A stretch of 64,000 bases of DNA from positions 34,031 through 98,030 of the forward strand of contig QCCE01000003.1 in assembly GCA_003281385.1 (NCBI GenBank), written 5' to 3'. The translations under genes and the position numbers were made by a program. This DNA is from Prochlorococcus sp. AG-347-K17 (GTDB taxonomy: Bacteria; Cyanobacteriota; Cyanobacteriia; PCC-6307; Cyanobiaceae). Of the stretch, positions 21,002 through 31,544 are shown piece by piece. The stretch's first letter is position 1, and every line of letters starts with the position of its first letter. Under the pieces are notes generated by a model. The model made no database searches, was not told where the DNA came from, and saw only the letters and a list, made by a program, of their open reading frames with translations.

Positions 21002-22158
21002 TAATCCACACCTCTTTTCAAATCAACACCAACATTTGCATAATGCTTATGACAAACCATTTCAGAGTAAACATCAGCAAGTTCAAAGTATGAAGGTTCA
21101 TTTTTACACCTCCCAGTAATAACAACTTCTGTCTCTGCTGGTTTTTTTAAAAGCGTTTGATGTATTGATTCCTCAGGCAGCAGCTCTAAATCAACAGTAG
21201 GATTCAATTCATCTAAGATAATTGTTTTATACAAACCAGACAAAATAGCAGCTTTAGCAATTTCCCATGCTCTTTCAGCCTCAACATAATCAATTGGTTG
21301 TTGCTGACCTCTCCACACGATTGCATCTCGGCCTGAACGCAAATGATCTACTAAATGGGGGTAACTCTCTCTCAAAGCTTCTATGGCTGCATCTTCGGTA
21401 TAACCATTACCTCCTTTTAACCATTGCAAGATTAAAACTCTATGACTTTTATCTTGAGATATTCCTTTGCCGATAGCTTGAAGAGCCTTACCAAGTGCAC
21501 TCGTGGATTTCCCCTTTCCTTCGCCTGTATAAATCTCGATTCCACCACTAGAACTACTTTTTCTGGTCAGTGTTGATTCATCTCCTGTTAAACGTGGTCT
21601 CATTTCTGAATGAAGTTGAGCTATTCTTACTAAAGGGGACGGGGCTGCTCTTCCGGTAATAATTATTTCTAATCCATCTGGCCGATCTTGAAGAGTGTCA
21701 ACTACTTCATCGATATCAAGCATTCCTAAATCAAGAACTGGGTTCAACTCATCTAGTACAACTACAGAATAAAGAGCACTTGCAATTGCTCCTTTAGCAA
21801 TATTCCAACCTCTCTCAGCCTCACCAACATCGGACTTTGTCACTTCGTCAGCAGTAAAGAATTCAGATCTTCCTGTCCTTACATGATCAATTAAATGTGG
21901 AAATCCTCTTTGCAAAGCCTCTATAGCTGAGTCCTCGTCATATGGCCTCTCAGGACCTTTTAAAAATCTTAGAAGTAAAACTCTTGATTGTCTTTTTTCG
22001 CATATTCCTAATCCTATCGTTCTGAGAACTACTCCTAGAGCAGCCTGACTTTTTCCCTTGCCCTCTCCATCATAAATATGTAATTGCCCTTTTGATCTCT
22101 CTTGACTGTCACTTGCAGTGACAATACCGATTCCTTTATTTCTACTAGTATTCGCCAA
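20998..22158 (-). CDS. tandem-duplicated CobA/CobO/BtuR-type ATP:corrinoid adenosyltransferase-like protein
   Basis: 386-aa ORF made of two homologous halves. Each has a P-loop (GEGKGKSQAALG and GEGKGKSTSALG), an L(K/Q)GxxxY.ED.AIEAL block and a (V/I)(V/I)LDELNP block. Confidence 0.75.
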   Translation of the reverse strand: MANTSRNKGIGIVTASDSQERSKGQLHIYDGEGKGKSQAALGVVLRTIGLGICEKRQSRVLLLRFLKGPERPYDEDSAIEALQRGFPHLIDHVRTGRSEFFTADEVTKSDVGEAERGWNIAKGAIASALYSVVVLDELNPVLDLGMLDIDEVVDTLQDRPDGLEIIITGRAAPSPLVRIAQLHSEMRPRLTGDESTLTRKSSSSGGIEIYTGEGKGKSTSALGKALQAIGKGISQDKSHRVLILQWLKGGNGYTEDAAIEALRESYPHLVDHLRSGRDAIVWRGQQQPIDYVEAERAWEIAKAAILSGLYKTIILDELNPTVDLELLPEESIHQTLLKKPAETEVVITGRCKNEPSYFELADVYSEMVCHKHYANVGVDLKRGVDY

Positions 22159-22266
22159 TTGAACAAAATTAATAGATTTAACTTAATATATAAATAGGTA
22201 TATTATTAAAGATTTAATAATAAATTCAGCCTATTCATATTTAATTTGAATTTTAAAGTAATTAAC

Positions 22267-23091
22267 ATGTTCAATCAACTAGAAATTCTCTCTGATGAAC
22301 AAAGTGAAAAGCTTTATACAATTAGAAGGTATATTAAGAATCTTGAAAGTGTCTGCATTGCTTATTCCGGAGGGGTTGACAGTACATTAGTAACATCTTT
22401 AGCATTCGAGCAATTAGGTAGAAAAGCAATTGCAATAACTGGAATTTCTCCTGCATTAGCCAATAATCTTCGCGAAGAAGCAAGAAGTCAAGCAAAATGG
22501 ATTGGAGTAAAGCATTTAGAAATTAAAACATTAGAATTAGACCAACCAAGTTATAATAAAAATCCTAAGGACAGGTGCTTTGCATGCAAAAAAGAGCTCC
22601 ACAAACATACAACCTACCTCTCTCAAAAACTTAATTACAAGATTGTTTTAGATGGAGTTAACCTTGACGACCTTAAAGATTACAGACCAGGTATACAAGC
22701 CTCAAAACAAGCAGGAGTTATCTCTCCCCTTGCAAAGTTTAAATTCTCAAAACAGGACATTAGGGATATATCCAGAGCATTAGGTTTTCCTTGGTGGGAT
22801 AAACCTGCTCAACCTTGCTTATCATCAAGATTTCCTTATGGCCATGAAATAACTAGTGATAGGCTGAAAATGGTTGAGAAAGCAGAAGAATATCTTAAAA
22901 AAGGTGGCTTGTCAGAGGTTAGAGTTCGATGTCAAGGTTCAACTGCAAGAATAGAAATTCCACAGGATGAATTAAAGCAATTTTTTAACGAATATAATTT
23001 TAGTGAGTTAGTTCAATATTTTTCTAAATTAGGATTTAATTGCACAAGTTTAGATCTTGAAGGACTAGTAAGCGGCAAATTGAATAGGTAA
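22267..23091 (+). CDS. PP-loop ATP pyrophosphatase family protein (LarE/TIGR00268-like)
   Basis: SGGVDS PP-loop motif near the N-terminus and the conserved PCLSSRFPYG block. I take the first ATG (22267, MFNQLEIL) as the start; the ORF track begins at 22246 at what must be an alternative start codon. Confidence 0.75.
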   Translation: MFNQLEILSDEQSEKLYTIRRYIKNLESVCIAYSGGVDSTLVTSLAFEQLGRKAIAITGISPALANNLREEARSQAKWIGVKHLEIKTLELDQPSYNKNPKDRCFACKKELHKHTTYLSQKLNYKIVLDGVNLDDLKDYRPGIQASKQAGVISPLAKFKFSKQDIRDISRALGFPWWDKPAQPCLSSRFPYGHEITSDRLKMVEKAEEYLKKGGLSEVRVRCQGSTARIEIPQDELKQFFNEYNFSELVQYFSKLGFNCTSLDLEGLVSGKLNR

Positions 23092-23098
23092 ATATTGA

Positions 23099-23533
23099 TT
23101 AAACAGCGGTTCTGATTTGTTTAGATACTGCTGAAGGTGGATTACGCTCAATGACACGCAAAGAGTGTTCTTTAGCAATTAAAGAATCAATTAAATATTG
23201 ACTAGCTAATTCAGGCATCATATTTTTGCCACATGTAAAAATATCGACTGCAGAATAATTAGATTCAGGCCAAGTATGTATTGATATATGAGATTCTGCG
23301 AGTAGTGCAATTGCCGTAACCCCCTGAGGTTCAAATTTATTACTTATCAAATTCAAAACTGTTGCATTTGCCAATTTAGCAGCTCTATTTAAAATACAAC
23401 GCAAAAAGGATTCATCATTTAATTTTTCGCAATCGCAACTATAAAGTTCCAACAAAAGGTGTTTATTTTGATGAATTATTTCTTGCTCATCACTGAACGA
23501 ACTTAAAATTTGGCTTTTTTTAGGGATTTCCAT
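23099..23533 (-). CDS. speD: S-adenosylmethionine decarboxylase proenzyme (bacterial small type)
   Basis: 144-aa ORF with the self-processing/pyruvoyl motif AESHISIHTWPE. Confidence 0.88.
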   Translation of the reverse strand: MEIPKKSQILSSFSDEQEIIHQNKHLLLELYSCDCEKLNDESFLRCILNRAAKLANATVLNLISNKFEPQGVTAIALLAESHISIHTWPESNYSAVDIFTCGKNMMPELASQYLIDSLIAKEHSLRVIERNPPSAVSKQIRTAV

Positions 23534-23585
23534 TTAAGAAATTTATATGAAATTAAGATTAGCTAAAAATCATGCTTTTTTTAAA

Positions 23586-24677
23586 TTATAAATGAATCAT
23601 TTGTGATGAGCCTAAGAAAGACTGATTAAATTTATCTAGATGTGTCGCACTTATAAAACATTGACTATCTTTTCCAACAGAATTTAATAACAAATTTTGC
23701 CTGGTTAAATCTAATTCCGCCAAGACATCATCCAATATAAGTATTGGAGGGACATTTAATGTTTTAGTTAATAAATCTAATTCCGCCATCTTTAAAGCCA
23801 AGATAAAGGTCCTTTGCTGCCCTGATGATCCATACTTTCTAACTGAAACATTATTTATCAGAAACTCAATATCATCACGATGTGGGCCAAAATTACATTT
23901 ACCAGTCAATGCTTCTATTGAACGCTGATTGAAGAGTTGTTCTGATATTTTTTTACTAATAACTTCTTCCTCTTCTTCTTCTGGACTTATATTTTGTATG
24001 CCCGAAAGATAATTTATGTCTATTTGCTCTTTAGATTTACTTAAATGGTTATGCCAATATTCAACATATGGTTTTATTTTTAATAAAGCCCTTCTTCTAC
24101 GCCTAAAAATTCTTGTACTTATTATCGACATTTGAATATCAAAGCTTTCAACAATATCTGAGGATTGGGTATTTAAGAAACTTTCCGAACGCCAAAAATG
24201 ACTTCTTTGCTTTAAAAGCCTGTTAAATCTACTTATCAGGTCAAAATATACTGGTTCAAGTTGAGATACAACTTTATCAATCCATATTCTTCGATAACTT
24301 GGTTCACTTCTAACAATATCTATATCATTAGAACAAAAACATACGCTCCGAATATAATTTTTTATTTCACTCTGTTTTTTTAAAATTGATTCATTAACAT
24401 AAATTCTTTTAGGGCCTTTTCGGAATAAATTTAACTTTAAATCGTCTTTAAAATTAATCTGTCCTATGACTACAGCCATATCACTATCATTCTCTATTAA
24501 ATCTTTATCACTTAATGCCCTATTAGATTTTAATTGACTTAAAAATTCAACAGATTCAAGTAAATTTGATTTGCCAATACCGTTGCAGCCAAGAACAATT
24601 GCTCTTTGCTCTTTTAAATCAATTTCAAAACTTTTATGGTTTCGAAAATTTTTAATTTTTAATTTATTTAAAAAAAT
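23586..24677 (-). CDS. recF: DNA replication and repair protein RecF (apparent non-canonical ATT start)
   Basis: The ORF-track product (from ATG 24479) is the RecF C-terminal two-thirds. The same frame stays open upstream and encodes (I)FLNKLKIKNFRNHKSFEIDLKEQRAIVLGCNGIGKSNLLESVEF, the RecF N-terminus with its Walker A. There is no in-frame ATG, GTG or TTG upstream; ATT at 24677-24675 sits where the start is expected. Confidence 0.8.
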   Translation of the reverse strand: MFLNKLKIKNFRNHKSFEIDLKEQRAIVLGCNGIGKSNLLESVEFLSQLKSNRALSDKDLIENDSDMAVVIGQINFKDDLKLNLFRKGPKRIYVNESILKKQSEIKNYIRSVCFCSNDIDIVRSEPSYRRIWIDKVVSQLEPVYFDLISRFNRLLKQRSHFWRSESFLNTQSSDIVESFDIQMSIISTRIFRRRRRALLKIKPYVEYWHNHLSKSKEQIDINYLSGIQNISPEEEEEEVISKKISEQLFNQRSIEALTGKCNFGPHRDDIEFLINNVSVRKYGSSGQQRTFILALKMAELDLLTKTLNVPPILILDDVLAELDLTRQNLLLNSVGKDSQCFISATHLDKFNQSFLGSSQMIHL

Positions 24678-24754
24678 TTTTTTTGTGCATTCATTAATTA
24701 AATTAGCTAAGTTTAAAATATTTAGATTTTCTTTAAAGAAATTGAAAAATTAAA

Positions 24755-24828
24755 GGGCATGTAGCTCAGTTGGATAGAGCATCAGATTCCGGTTCTGAGA
24801 GTCGGGGGTTCGAATCCCTCCATGCTCG
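24755..24828 (+). tRNA. tRNA-Arg (anticodon CCG)
   Basis: Manual cloverleaf, 74 nt. Acceptor GGGCATG/CATGCTC. D-arm GCTC-AGTTGGATA-GAGC. Anticodon stem TCAGA/TCTGA, loop TTCCGGT. T-arm GGGGG-TTCGAAT-CCCTC. Confidence 0.92.
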
Positions 24829-24838
24829 TAAAATGTTT

Positions 24839-25285
24839 TTAAAGTTTATACCCCATTACTCTTATTCCATTTGGATCTAGTATGAATCCATTTTCCTCTA
24901 AACTTTGAAATGAAGAAACTGGAGCCTGTACAGAAATACTACATCCAGGCATTTCTCTATTTATTTTCTCAAGAGTTACTTGAAGCAATATTGAATAATA
25001 AAGTTGCTGATTATTACCTGGTAATGCACTTAAATTCCACAAGTTAGCATTTAATCCTCTGTCGGAGGTGACCCTTACAAAGCCATATAATTTATTTTTT
25101 AATTCACTTTGTATGGTAAAAAAGAAATTACTTTTCTGAATAGCCTCAGAAAGAGGTTTTAATGGAAATGTCTCACAACCACAATTTACTAAAAGTTTGT
25201 TAACTTCTTTAGCTAATGGGATTTGCGAAGAGTTAACAAAATAACCTTCTGGAAGAACAAGTTTTTTTTTAGAAAAATATTGCAA
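24839..25285 (-). CDS. conserved hypothetical protein, possibly GNAT-type acetyltransferase fold
   Basis: 148-aa ORF. The pattern YGFVRVTSDRGLNANLWNLSALPG ... ENGF is reminiscent of the GNAT beta4-alpha3 region. Assignment is weak. Confidence 0.45.
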   Translation of the reverse strand: MQYFSKKKLVLPEGYFVNSSQIPLAKEVNKLLVNCGCETFPLKPLSEAIQKSNFFFTIQSELKNKLYGFVRVTSDRGLNANLWNLSALPGNNQQLYYSILLQVTLEKINREMPGCSISVQAPVSSFQSLEENGFILDPNGIRVMGYKL

Positions 25286-25288
25286 TTA

Positions 25289-28258
25289 TCAACCTGTATT
25301 TCTCATACCAGCTGCTATCCCATTAATAGTTAAAAGTGCTCCCCTCAATAGTTCACTTCTACTGTAAGATCTCCTAGATTCATCTTTATCAATAAGAAAT
25401 TCGCTTATTGGGGGTTGTCTTGTCTGGTCTCTTAGTCTTCTTAAAAGTGAAACCTGCAAAAAACCTAATGGGATGATTGTCTTATTTCTTAAGCTTACTG
25501 ATGATCTCAAGTCCCTATCAGATTCGAGGAGCTTATTTTTACCAGTAATTTCTAGTATTAAAGATTTTGTAAGATTATATTCTTTAGAAATTACTTCAAA
25601 AATATCATCAAAAGAATCTTTTTTTTCCTTACTGCCAAGAGTATCTACATAATATCTAGCAACTTCCAAATCCACCTTAGATAATGTCATTTCTACCTTA
25701 GATATAAGCATCCTAAAAAATGGCCATCTTTGATGTAAAACTCTTAATAATTCAATTTGTTGGGGATCTGAATTTAATTCAGATGACAATGCAGTACCTA
25801 CTCCAAACCAACTTGGCAAAAGAAATCTACTTTGTGTCCAACCAAATACCCATGGTATAGCTCTTAAACTTGACAAATCTTTTGCACCTTTTTTTCTTCT
25901 CGCAGGCCTACTAGATATCTGTAATTTACTTATTTCCTCTATTGGAGTGACCTCCTGAAAGAAATTTAACAAATCAGGATTCTCATGCACTAATTTTCTG
26001 TAGTGAGACCTTGATGTTTCTGCCAATCTTGACATTAATTGATTCCATTCTGGAGTAGCGTCAAGTCTATTGTTTACCAGACTATTTTGAATAACCGCTG
26101 TAGTAACAGTTTCAAGATTATACAAAGCTAGTTCAGGAAGACTATATTTAGAAGCTAAAACTTCACCTTGTTCTGTTATTTTTATTCTTCCTTTTAAAGT
26201 ACCGCTTGGTTGAGCCAATATTGCCTGATAAGCTGGTCCTCCTCCTCTCCCTACAGAACCACCTCTCCCATGAAAAAGTCTTAGCAATATGTTATTTCTA
26301 CTTGAAAGATTTTGAAGAGCTATTTGGGCTCTATGGATTTCCCAATTACTAGAAACAAACCCCGAATCTTTATTGCTATCAGAGTATCCAAGCATTAATT
26401 CTTGTAGGGGTTTAAAAGATTCACCCACTTTTGGTAATAATGATCTGTAGAAATCTAATTTAAACAACTTTTCCATTACTTCTGGTGCTCTTTTAAGGTC
26501 TTCTACAGTTTCAAAAAGAGGAACAACTAATAATTTTGATTTTTGTGAGTTTTGATCAAGAAGTCCCATTTCTTTTGCCAGTAAGAGCACTTCAAGCAAA
26601 TCAGATGCACTATGACTCATTGAAATTACATAAGAATGACAAATGCGACTTCCAAATTCTTGCTGTAATCTCTTAACCATTTTAAAAACTGAAAAAGTTT
26701 CTTCTGTAGTTTTTGTCCAGTTAACATCAGAAGGGATCAGTGGCCTTTTTGTATTTAATTCGTCTATGAGCCATTTAATTTTCTCTTCCTCAGACATTTG
26801 TTCATATTGAATAGATAAATCAAGATAATTTGTAAGCTCTTGTATAGCGTCACTATGTCTTGTACTCTCTTGACGAATATCTAAACTTGCTAGAGAAAAA
26901 CCAAAAATATGAACCTGAGTAAGTAAAGTGTTTACAGACTCGCAAGTTAAATCTGTACTAATCAGGCTATTTTTAATTAATTCGAGATCATAAGTAAATT
27001 CGTTGACTGACTTGTAATATAAGTTTTCAACTTTATCTAATTTTTTGTTGTCAATTTCTCCCTCCAAGTCAAATTTCCAGCCATTATCAGCTAATAAATT
27101 ATTTCTTTCTTGTGTTAATCTTAATTTTTCTAAAATATAACTTAATTTTAATCTATAAGGTTCTGATCTATACCTTGTAGCCCTTGTTTCATAGATTTCT
27201 GGGAACTTAACCCTATCTGTTTCGAGTGACTCTAATAGAGAAGAACTGACTTGACTCCATTGCATCGAGACACTTAATTGATCTCTAAGGTTAGATATCG
27301 CATTAACATATCTTTCCAACATCAACTGCCTTTGGTAACAAGCAGTTCTCCATGTAATTTCAGGAGTGACAGATGGATTACCGTCCCTATCAGAGCCTAC
27401 CCAAGAACCGAAGTTACAAAAAGATTCAGAAGGCAACTGAACGTCTGGATAATTTTCGGTAAGTGCTTCAGTGATCCTACCCCTCAATTGAGGCATAGCA
27501 TTGAATAAAACTTGCTGAAAATAATGCAATGCATAATCCACCTCATCTAAAACTGAAGGTTTAAATTGATGTAATTCATCAGTTCTCCACCAAAGTCTTA
27601 CTTCCTCTTTTAATTGGGTTTTTAGAGAATTTTTTTCTTCTTTTGTTAGAAATTGCTCAATCTGTATTTTTTTTAATAAATTTGCTACTCTTGTTTGCTT
27701 ATGTCTAATAGTATGTCTAACTATCTCAGTGGGATGTGCTGTAAAAACTAAACGAATATCCATTTCCTGCAATAACTCCTCTAATTTCCCTGGTGGTACA
27801 TTTAATTTCCTCAGCCTGTAGAATAATTCTCTAAAAGTTACTGGAGCATTTTGTCTAGCCAATGCTGGGGCAAAAGGATCAAGATTTTCAGGGGATTTTT
27901 GAACATCCTTATTGGTAAAACTTTGAATATATCTATCTTCCTCAACTCTTTGTTCCAAAATATTCACGAGTTGAAAATATAATGAAAAAGCTCTTGCTGC
28001 TGCAATGGATTCTGCTAAATCCATAGAATTTACAATATCAACTATTTCATTTTTAAAAGTTTTTGAACTATCACCGTCAATTTGTTTTGAATAACTTAAT
28101 TCTTTAAGCTGTATTAGTCTCTCTGCTTGATCATCTGGGCATTCTTCTCTGAGTACAGATTCCCATAGATCTTCTATTAAAAGACGATTTTTATCAAGTG
28201 GATCATTGTTACTTATCAGATCCACATTATTATTTTTTATCTGTCGAAAAGATTCCAT
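25289..28258 (-). CDS. ppc: phosphoenolpyruvate carboxylase
   Basis: 989-aa ORF with PEPC signatures [18 protein letters not shown] and [14 protein letters not shown], and the C-terminal NTG. Confidence 0.98.
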   Translation of the reverse strand: MESFRQIKNNNVDLISNNDPLDKNRLLIEDLWESVLREECPDDQAERLIQLKELSYSKQIDGDSSKTFKNEIVDIVNSMDLAESIAAARAFSLYFQLVNILEQRVEEDRYIQSFTNKDVQKSPENLDPFAPALARQNAPVTFRELFYRLRKLNVPPGKLEELLQEMDIRLVFTAHPTEIVRHTIRHKQTRVANLLKKIQIEQFLTKEEKNSLKTQLKEEVRLWWRTDELHQFKPSVLDEVDYALHYFQQVLFNAMPQLRGRITEALTENYPDVQLPSESFCNFGSWVGSDRDGNPSVTPEITWRTACYQRQLMLERYVNAISNLRDQLSVSMQWSQVSSSLLESLETDRVKFPEIYETRATRYRSEPYRLKLSYILEKLRLTQERNNLLADNGWKFDLEGEIDNKKLDKVENLYYKSVNEFTYDLELIKNSLISTDLTCESVNTLLTQVHIFGFSLASLDIRQESTRHSDAIQELTNYLDLSIQYEQMSEEEKIKWLIDELNTKRPLIPSDVNWTKTTEETFSVFKMVKRLQQEFGSRICHSYVISMSHSASDLLEVLLLAKEMGLLDQNSQKSKLLVVPLFETVEDLKRAPEVMEKLFKLDFYRSLLPKVGESFKPLQELMLGYSDSNKDSGFVSSNWEIHRAQIALQNLSSRNNILLRLFHGRGGSVGRGGGPAYQAILAQPSGTLKGRIKITEQGEVLASKYSLPELALYNLETVTTAVIQNSLVNNRLDATPEWNQLMSRLAETSRSHYRKLVHENPDLLNFFQEVTPIEEISKLQISSRPARRKKGAKDLSSLRAIPWVFGWTQSRFLLPSWFGVGTALSSELNSDPQQIELLRVLHQRWPFFRMLISKVEMTLSKVDLEVARYYVDTLGSKEKKDSFDDIFEVISKEYNLTKSLILEITGKNKLLESDRDLRSSVSLRNKTIIPLGFLQVSLLRRLRDQTRQPPISEFLIDKDESRRSYSRSELLRGALLTINGIAAGMRNTG

Positions 28259-28311
28259 ATAATCATTATGTCACAAGTGAAAATGTTCAGATCAAATGTT
28301 TATTTAAATAA

Positions 28312-29430
28312 TCAAACATTCTCGTCTTCACTCCTAATCATATCTTCGATAGAAATTTTCATTATCTGCTCGATAGAAAGACCTTTTTTATATTGATTTA
28401 TCCATTGCATAGATTGATTACCTTCTTCAAGCACTTTAAATATAGGATTCAAAAGATGTTTCATGCCAAAATTTTCAGCTGTGGAAGATAAATCTGACAA
28501 TAAGTTTTGAATCCATTCTCTACAAATAACTTTTTTGCCATCTTGCCAGTGAATTAACTCTGAATTCAGACTATCTTTGGCAGCATTTATTTCATTTTGA
28601 TCACATATTTCTGATAATTCATCCATAGAAAAAATACTGGCATTCAAAGGATCTAAGGTATTTAAATTGTCAAAAAGATTTAAAATCCTAAGCTCTATCA
28701 TGGCCGTTATTCCTAAAAGCAGATTAATATCGTAAACAAAATCACAAATTCTCAATTCCAAACGATCAAGAATTAAAGGTCTTTGGGGACCATTTGGTCG
28801 AATTGAAGACCAAAAGTGCCTAATATTTTGCATGTTTTTACTAGATATATTTTCATCTATCCATTCGATATAAGAATTATGATTTACAAAAAAAGGTACA
28901 TTATTTGGTGTTTTAGGAAACTGGATCCATCTCTGAGAGTGATTTTCCGTAATCTTATCATTTAAGAAAGGTGAACTAGCACTTAAAGATAGATATAGAG
29001 AAGCCTCAGACCTTACAAGTCTAATAGCTGCAAAAAGCTTATCTAAGTCATCTATACCTATGTTTATATGGACACTTGAAGTTGCGATAGATGTTCCATA
29101 ATTATCTTGAATAAATTGATGATAAACATTTTCGTAATCAGATCTTTGAAATTGAGTATCGTGTTTAAAACAAAGCGTAGATGAAGGAATGATTGTTAAA
29201 TTTTTTGTATTTAGCCACTTTCTTAACTTTTTTCTTGGAACTATTAATTTCTCATATAAAGAACCGTAATCTTTTTCAGGTTTTGTTATGTATTCAACGT
29301 TTCTGTTATCTGGCTCTTTTACAAAATCAGGAAATATTTTCTCAATTTCATCCGAAACGCCAATATGAGAATTTAAAGAACCTGTAAAAAGTTCCACTTC
29401 AAAACCCTTATAAAGATTATTTTTACTCAT
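28312..29430 (-). CDS. gshA: putative glutamate-cysteine ligase (cyanobacterial type)
   Basis: 372-aa ORF starting ...GFEVELFTG, with carboxylate-amine ligase-like organisation. The call relies on my recollection of the cyanobacterial GshA family. Confidence 0.6.
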   Translation of the reverse strand: MSKNNLYKGFEVELFTGSLNSHIGVSDEIEKIFPDFVKEPDNRNVEYITKPEKDYGSLYEKLIVPRKKLRKWLNTKNLTIIPSSTLCFKHDTQFQRSDYENVYHQFIQDNYGTSIATSSVHINIGIDDLDKLFAAIRLVRSEASLYLSLSASSPFLNDKITENHSQRWIQFPKTPNNVPFFVNHNSYIEWIDENISSKNMQNIRHFWSSIRPNGPQRPLILDRLELRICDFVYDINLLLGITAMIELRILNLFDNLNTLDPLNASIFSMDELSEICDQNEINAAKDSLNSELIHWQDGKKVICREWIQNLLSDLSSTAENFGMKHLLNPIFKVLEEGNQSMQWINQYKKGLSIEQIMKISIEDMIRSEDENV

Positions 29431-30951
29431 TTATTTATGCAAACAAGCTAATGCTTTTAGTATCCCCTTCGCTTTATTTATTGTCTCTTGATATTCATTT
29501 TCAGGAAAAGAATCAGCAACTATTCCAGCTCCTGCCTGCACTGAAACATCATATTTCCCATTTATTGAGGGTTTAACTATCATAGTTCTTATTGTAATTG
29601 CCGTATTTAATGCGCCATTAATATCAATAGATCCGTATACACCAGCATAAGGTCCTCTAGCATCTTTTTCAAAGTGCTTAATCAATTGCATAGCTCTTAT
29701 TTTTGGAGCGCCAGTTACTGTCCCAGCGGGAAAAGATGCTTTGAGCAAATCCCATACATCAGCATTGTCTTTTAAGATTCCCTCAACTTGACTGACTATA
29801 TGCATAACATGTGAATATTTTTCAATAACCATTAAATCCTTGACCTTTACAGTTCCAATTTCACAAACTCTTCCAAGATCATTTCTCCCAAGATCAATTA
29901 GCATTACATGCTCAGCTATCTCTTTTGGATCTTTTAATAATTCCTTTTCTAGTTCCAAGTCTTGCTGATTATCAATACCTCTTGGTCTAGTGCCAGCTAT
30001 TGGTCTTAAGCTTGCAACAATCTGACTATTTTTGTTTTTTTCTGCTTTAACCATTACTTCAGGACTTGAACCTATCAGATACCACGAGCCAAAATCAAAA
30101 AATGACATATATGGAGATGGATTAACCATCCTCAAACTTCTATATAAATTAAAGGGATCATTTTTGACTTGAGTTTGGAATCTCTGACTAATAACTATTT
30201 GGAAGATATCTCCCTTTCTTATGTATTCTTTTGCAGAGAGAACCGCATCCTCAAAATCTTTTTTCTCCCAATTACTTTCAAGATCTAAATTCAAATTCTC
30301 ATTCTCATTCCAATCTAAAAAATCATTTTCTTTTAGAGGAACTCTCATTAAATTTCTAGTTTTCTTGATTTTAGAAATTGAATTTAGATACAACTTTTCA
30401 ATTACGCACTCTTTTGAAGAAGTTGTATCTGCATAAACCACTGCAGTAATACATCTTTTTATTTGATCAAAAACAACTAACTGATCAAAAAACATCCAGG
30501 AACCATAAGGAATATTGTTTTCTGGTGTTTCATTTATTGGAACGCTTGGTTCTATTCGATTTATTAATTCATAACCCCAAGAGCCATATAACTGTCCAAT
30601 TGATGGTAAGTCATCAAGCATGGTTGACTTATATTCATTTGTCCAACTTCTCAAAATATCAAAAGGATCACCTTTATGTTTTTCAGTTTTGCCATTATTC
30701 CAAGTCTTAACTATTTCTTCTCCATAACAAACGGCTTCCCAAAGAGGTTTAGTTGCAACAATACTCCACCTTCCCAAATTTTCCCCACCTTCAACAGATT
30801 CAAGAAAAACACCATGGGAATCTTTTGAAGATAATTTTAACCAAGTCGATAATGGAGTTTCTAAATCTGCTGGCCAAGTTTCAACGATAGGTATAAAATT
30901 TTTACCTTCTTTGTAAGCCTTTAAAAAGCGATCTTTTTGTGAGCTGATCAT
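29431..30951 (-). CDS. trpE: anthranilate synthase component I
   Basis: 506-aa ORF with chorismate-binding enzyme blocks ([41 protein letters not shown]). Confidence 0.95.
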   Translation of the reverse strand: MISSQKDRFLKAYKEGKNFIPIVETWPADLETPLSTWLKLSSKDSHGVFLESVEGGENLGRWSIVATKPLWEAVCYGEEIVKTWNNGKTEKHKGDPFDILRSWTNEYKSTMLDDLPSIGQLYGSWGYELINRIEPSVPINETPENNIPYGSWMFFDQLVVFDQIKRCITAVVYADTTSSKECVIEKLYLNSISKIKKTRNLMRVPLKENDFLDWNENENLNLDLESNWEKKDFEDAVLSAKEYIRKGDIFQIVISQRFQTQVKNDPFNLYRSLRMVNPSPYMSFFDFGSWYLIGSSPEVMVKAEKNKNSQIVASLRPIAGTRPRGIDNQQDLELEKELLKDPKEIAEHVMLIDLGRNDLGRVCEIGTVKVKDLMVIEKYSHVMHIVSQVEGILKDNADVWDLLKASFPAGTVTGAPKIRAMQLIKHFEKDARGPYAGVYGSIDINGALNTAITIRTMIVKPSINGKYDVSVQAGAGIVADSFPENEYQETINKAKGILKALACLHK

Positions 30952-31010
30952 ATTAATAATGTCAGCCCAAATTATAATTATTTTCTTCTTTTATATCAAC
31001 TTTAGGGAAG

Positions 31011-31433
31011 TTAATCAAAAGTATTCTTAGTTGTAAATTTCAAACCAGCTGGATTAGGATTCTCACCTATCCTTCTAGGATTATGACCTACTTTCTCTCT
31101 ACCTTCATTTACTTTTTCCGAGAAAACACCATCTTTGGGATGTAAAAATTCAATGTCGCCACCTGGGAAAATTCGGTAGATTTTAAAATCTTCAATTCTT
31201 GGCTTGAAGGCTCTTAATTGTGTCCCTAATGCAAGGCATTGTTCTTTTCTTGCAAAGTACATTAAATTATCACCTTCATGCATTACAGCCGCTCCACCAG
31301 TGGGCAATTCAAATGCTTGTTCCTTGGAACTTTTCCATACAATTGCATATTTTTCTTCGGTTTCTGCTGAGTTTAATAAACCCCCAGTACTTCCTATATG
31401 CTTTGGAAATTGACCAACTAAAGTTTCAGTCAT
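31011..31433 (-). CDS. psaD: photosystem I reaction centre subunit II (PsaD)
   Basis: 140-aa ORF with PsaD blocks ([49 protein letters not shown]...LHPKDGV). Confidence 0.96.
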   Translation of the reverse strand: MTETLVGQFPKHIGSTGGLLNSAETEEKYAIVWKSSKEQAFELPTGGAAVMHEGDNLMYFARKEQCLALGTQLRAFKPRIEDFKIYRIFPGGDIEFLHPKDGVFSEKVNEGREKVGHNPRRIGENPNPAGLKFTTKNTFD

Positions 31434-31544
31434 CCTAGATTTTGAGTTATTTCTAATAAGAAACTAGCATTCATATTTTGCAAAATTCAAAATTTATAGG
31501 AAATTTTCTACATTATTTAATATATGGAAAACTTGTTTATGATT

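Noticed and set aside
24571-24753. 60-aa plus-strand ORF.
   Set aside because: It is antisense to the Walker-A-encoding 5' end of recF, and its sequence is AT-rich and low-complexity.
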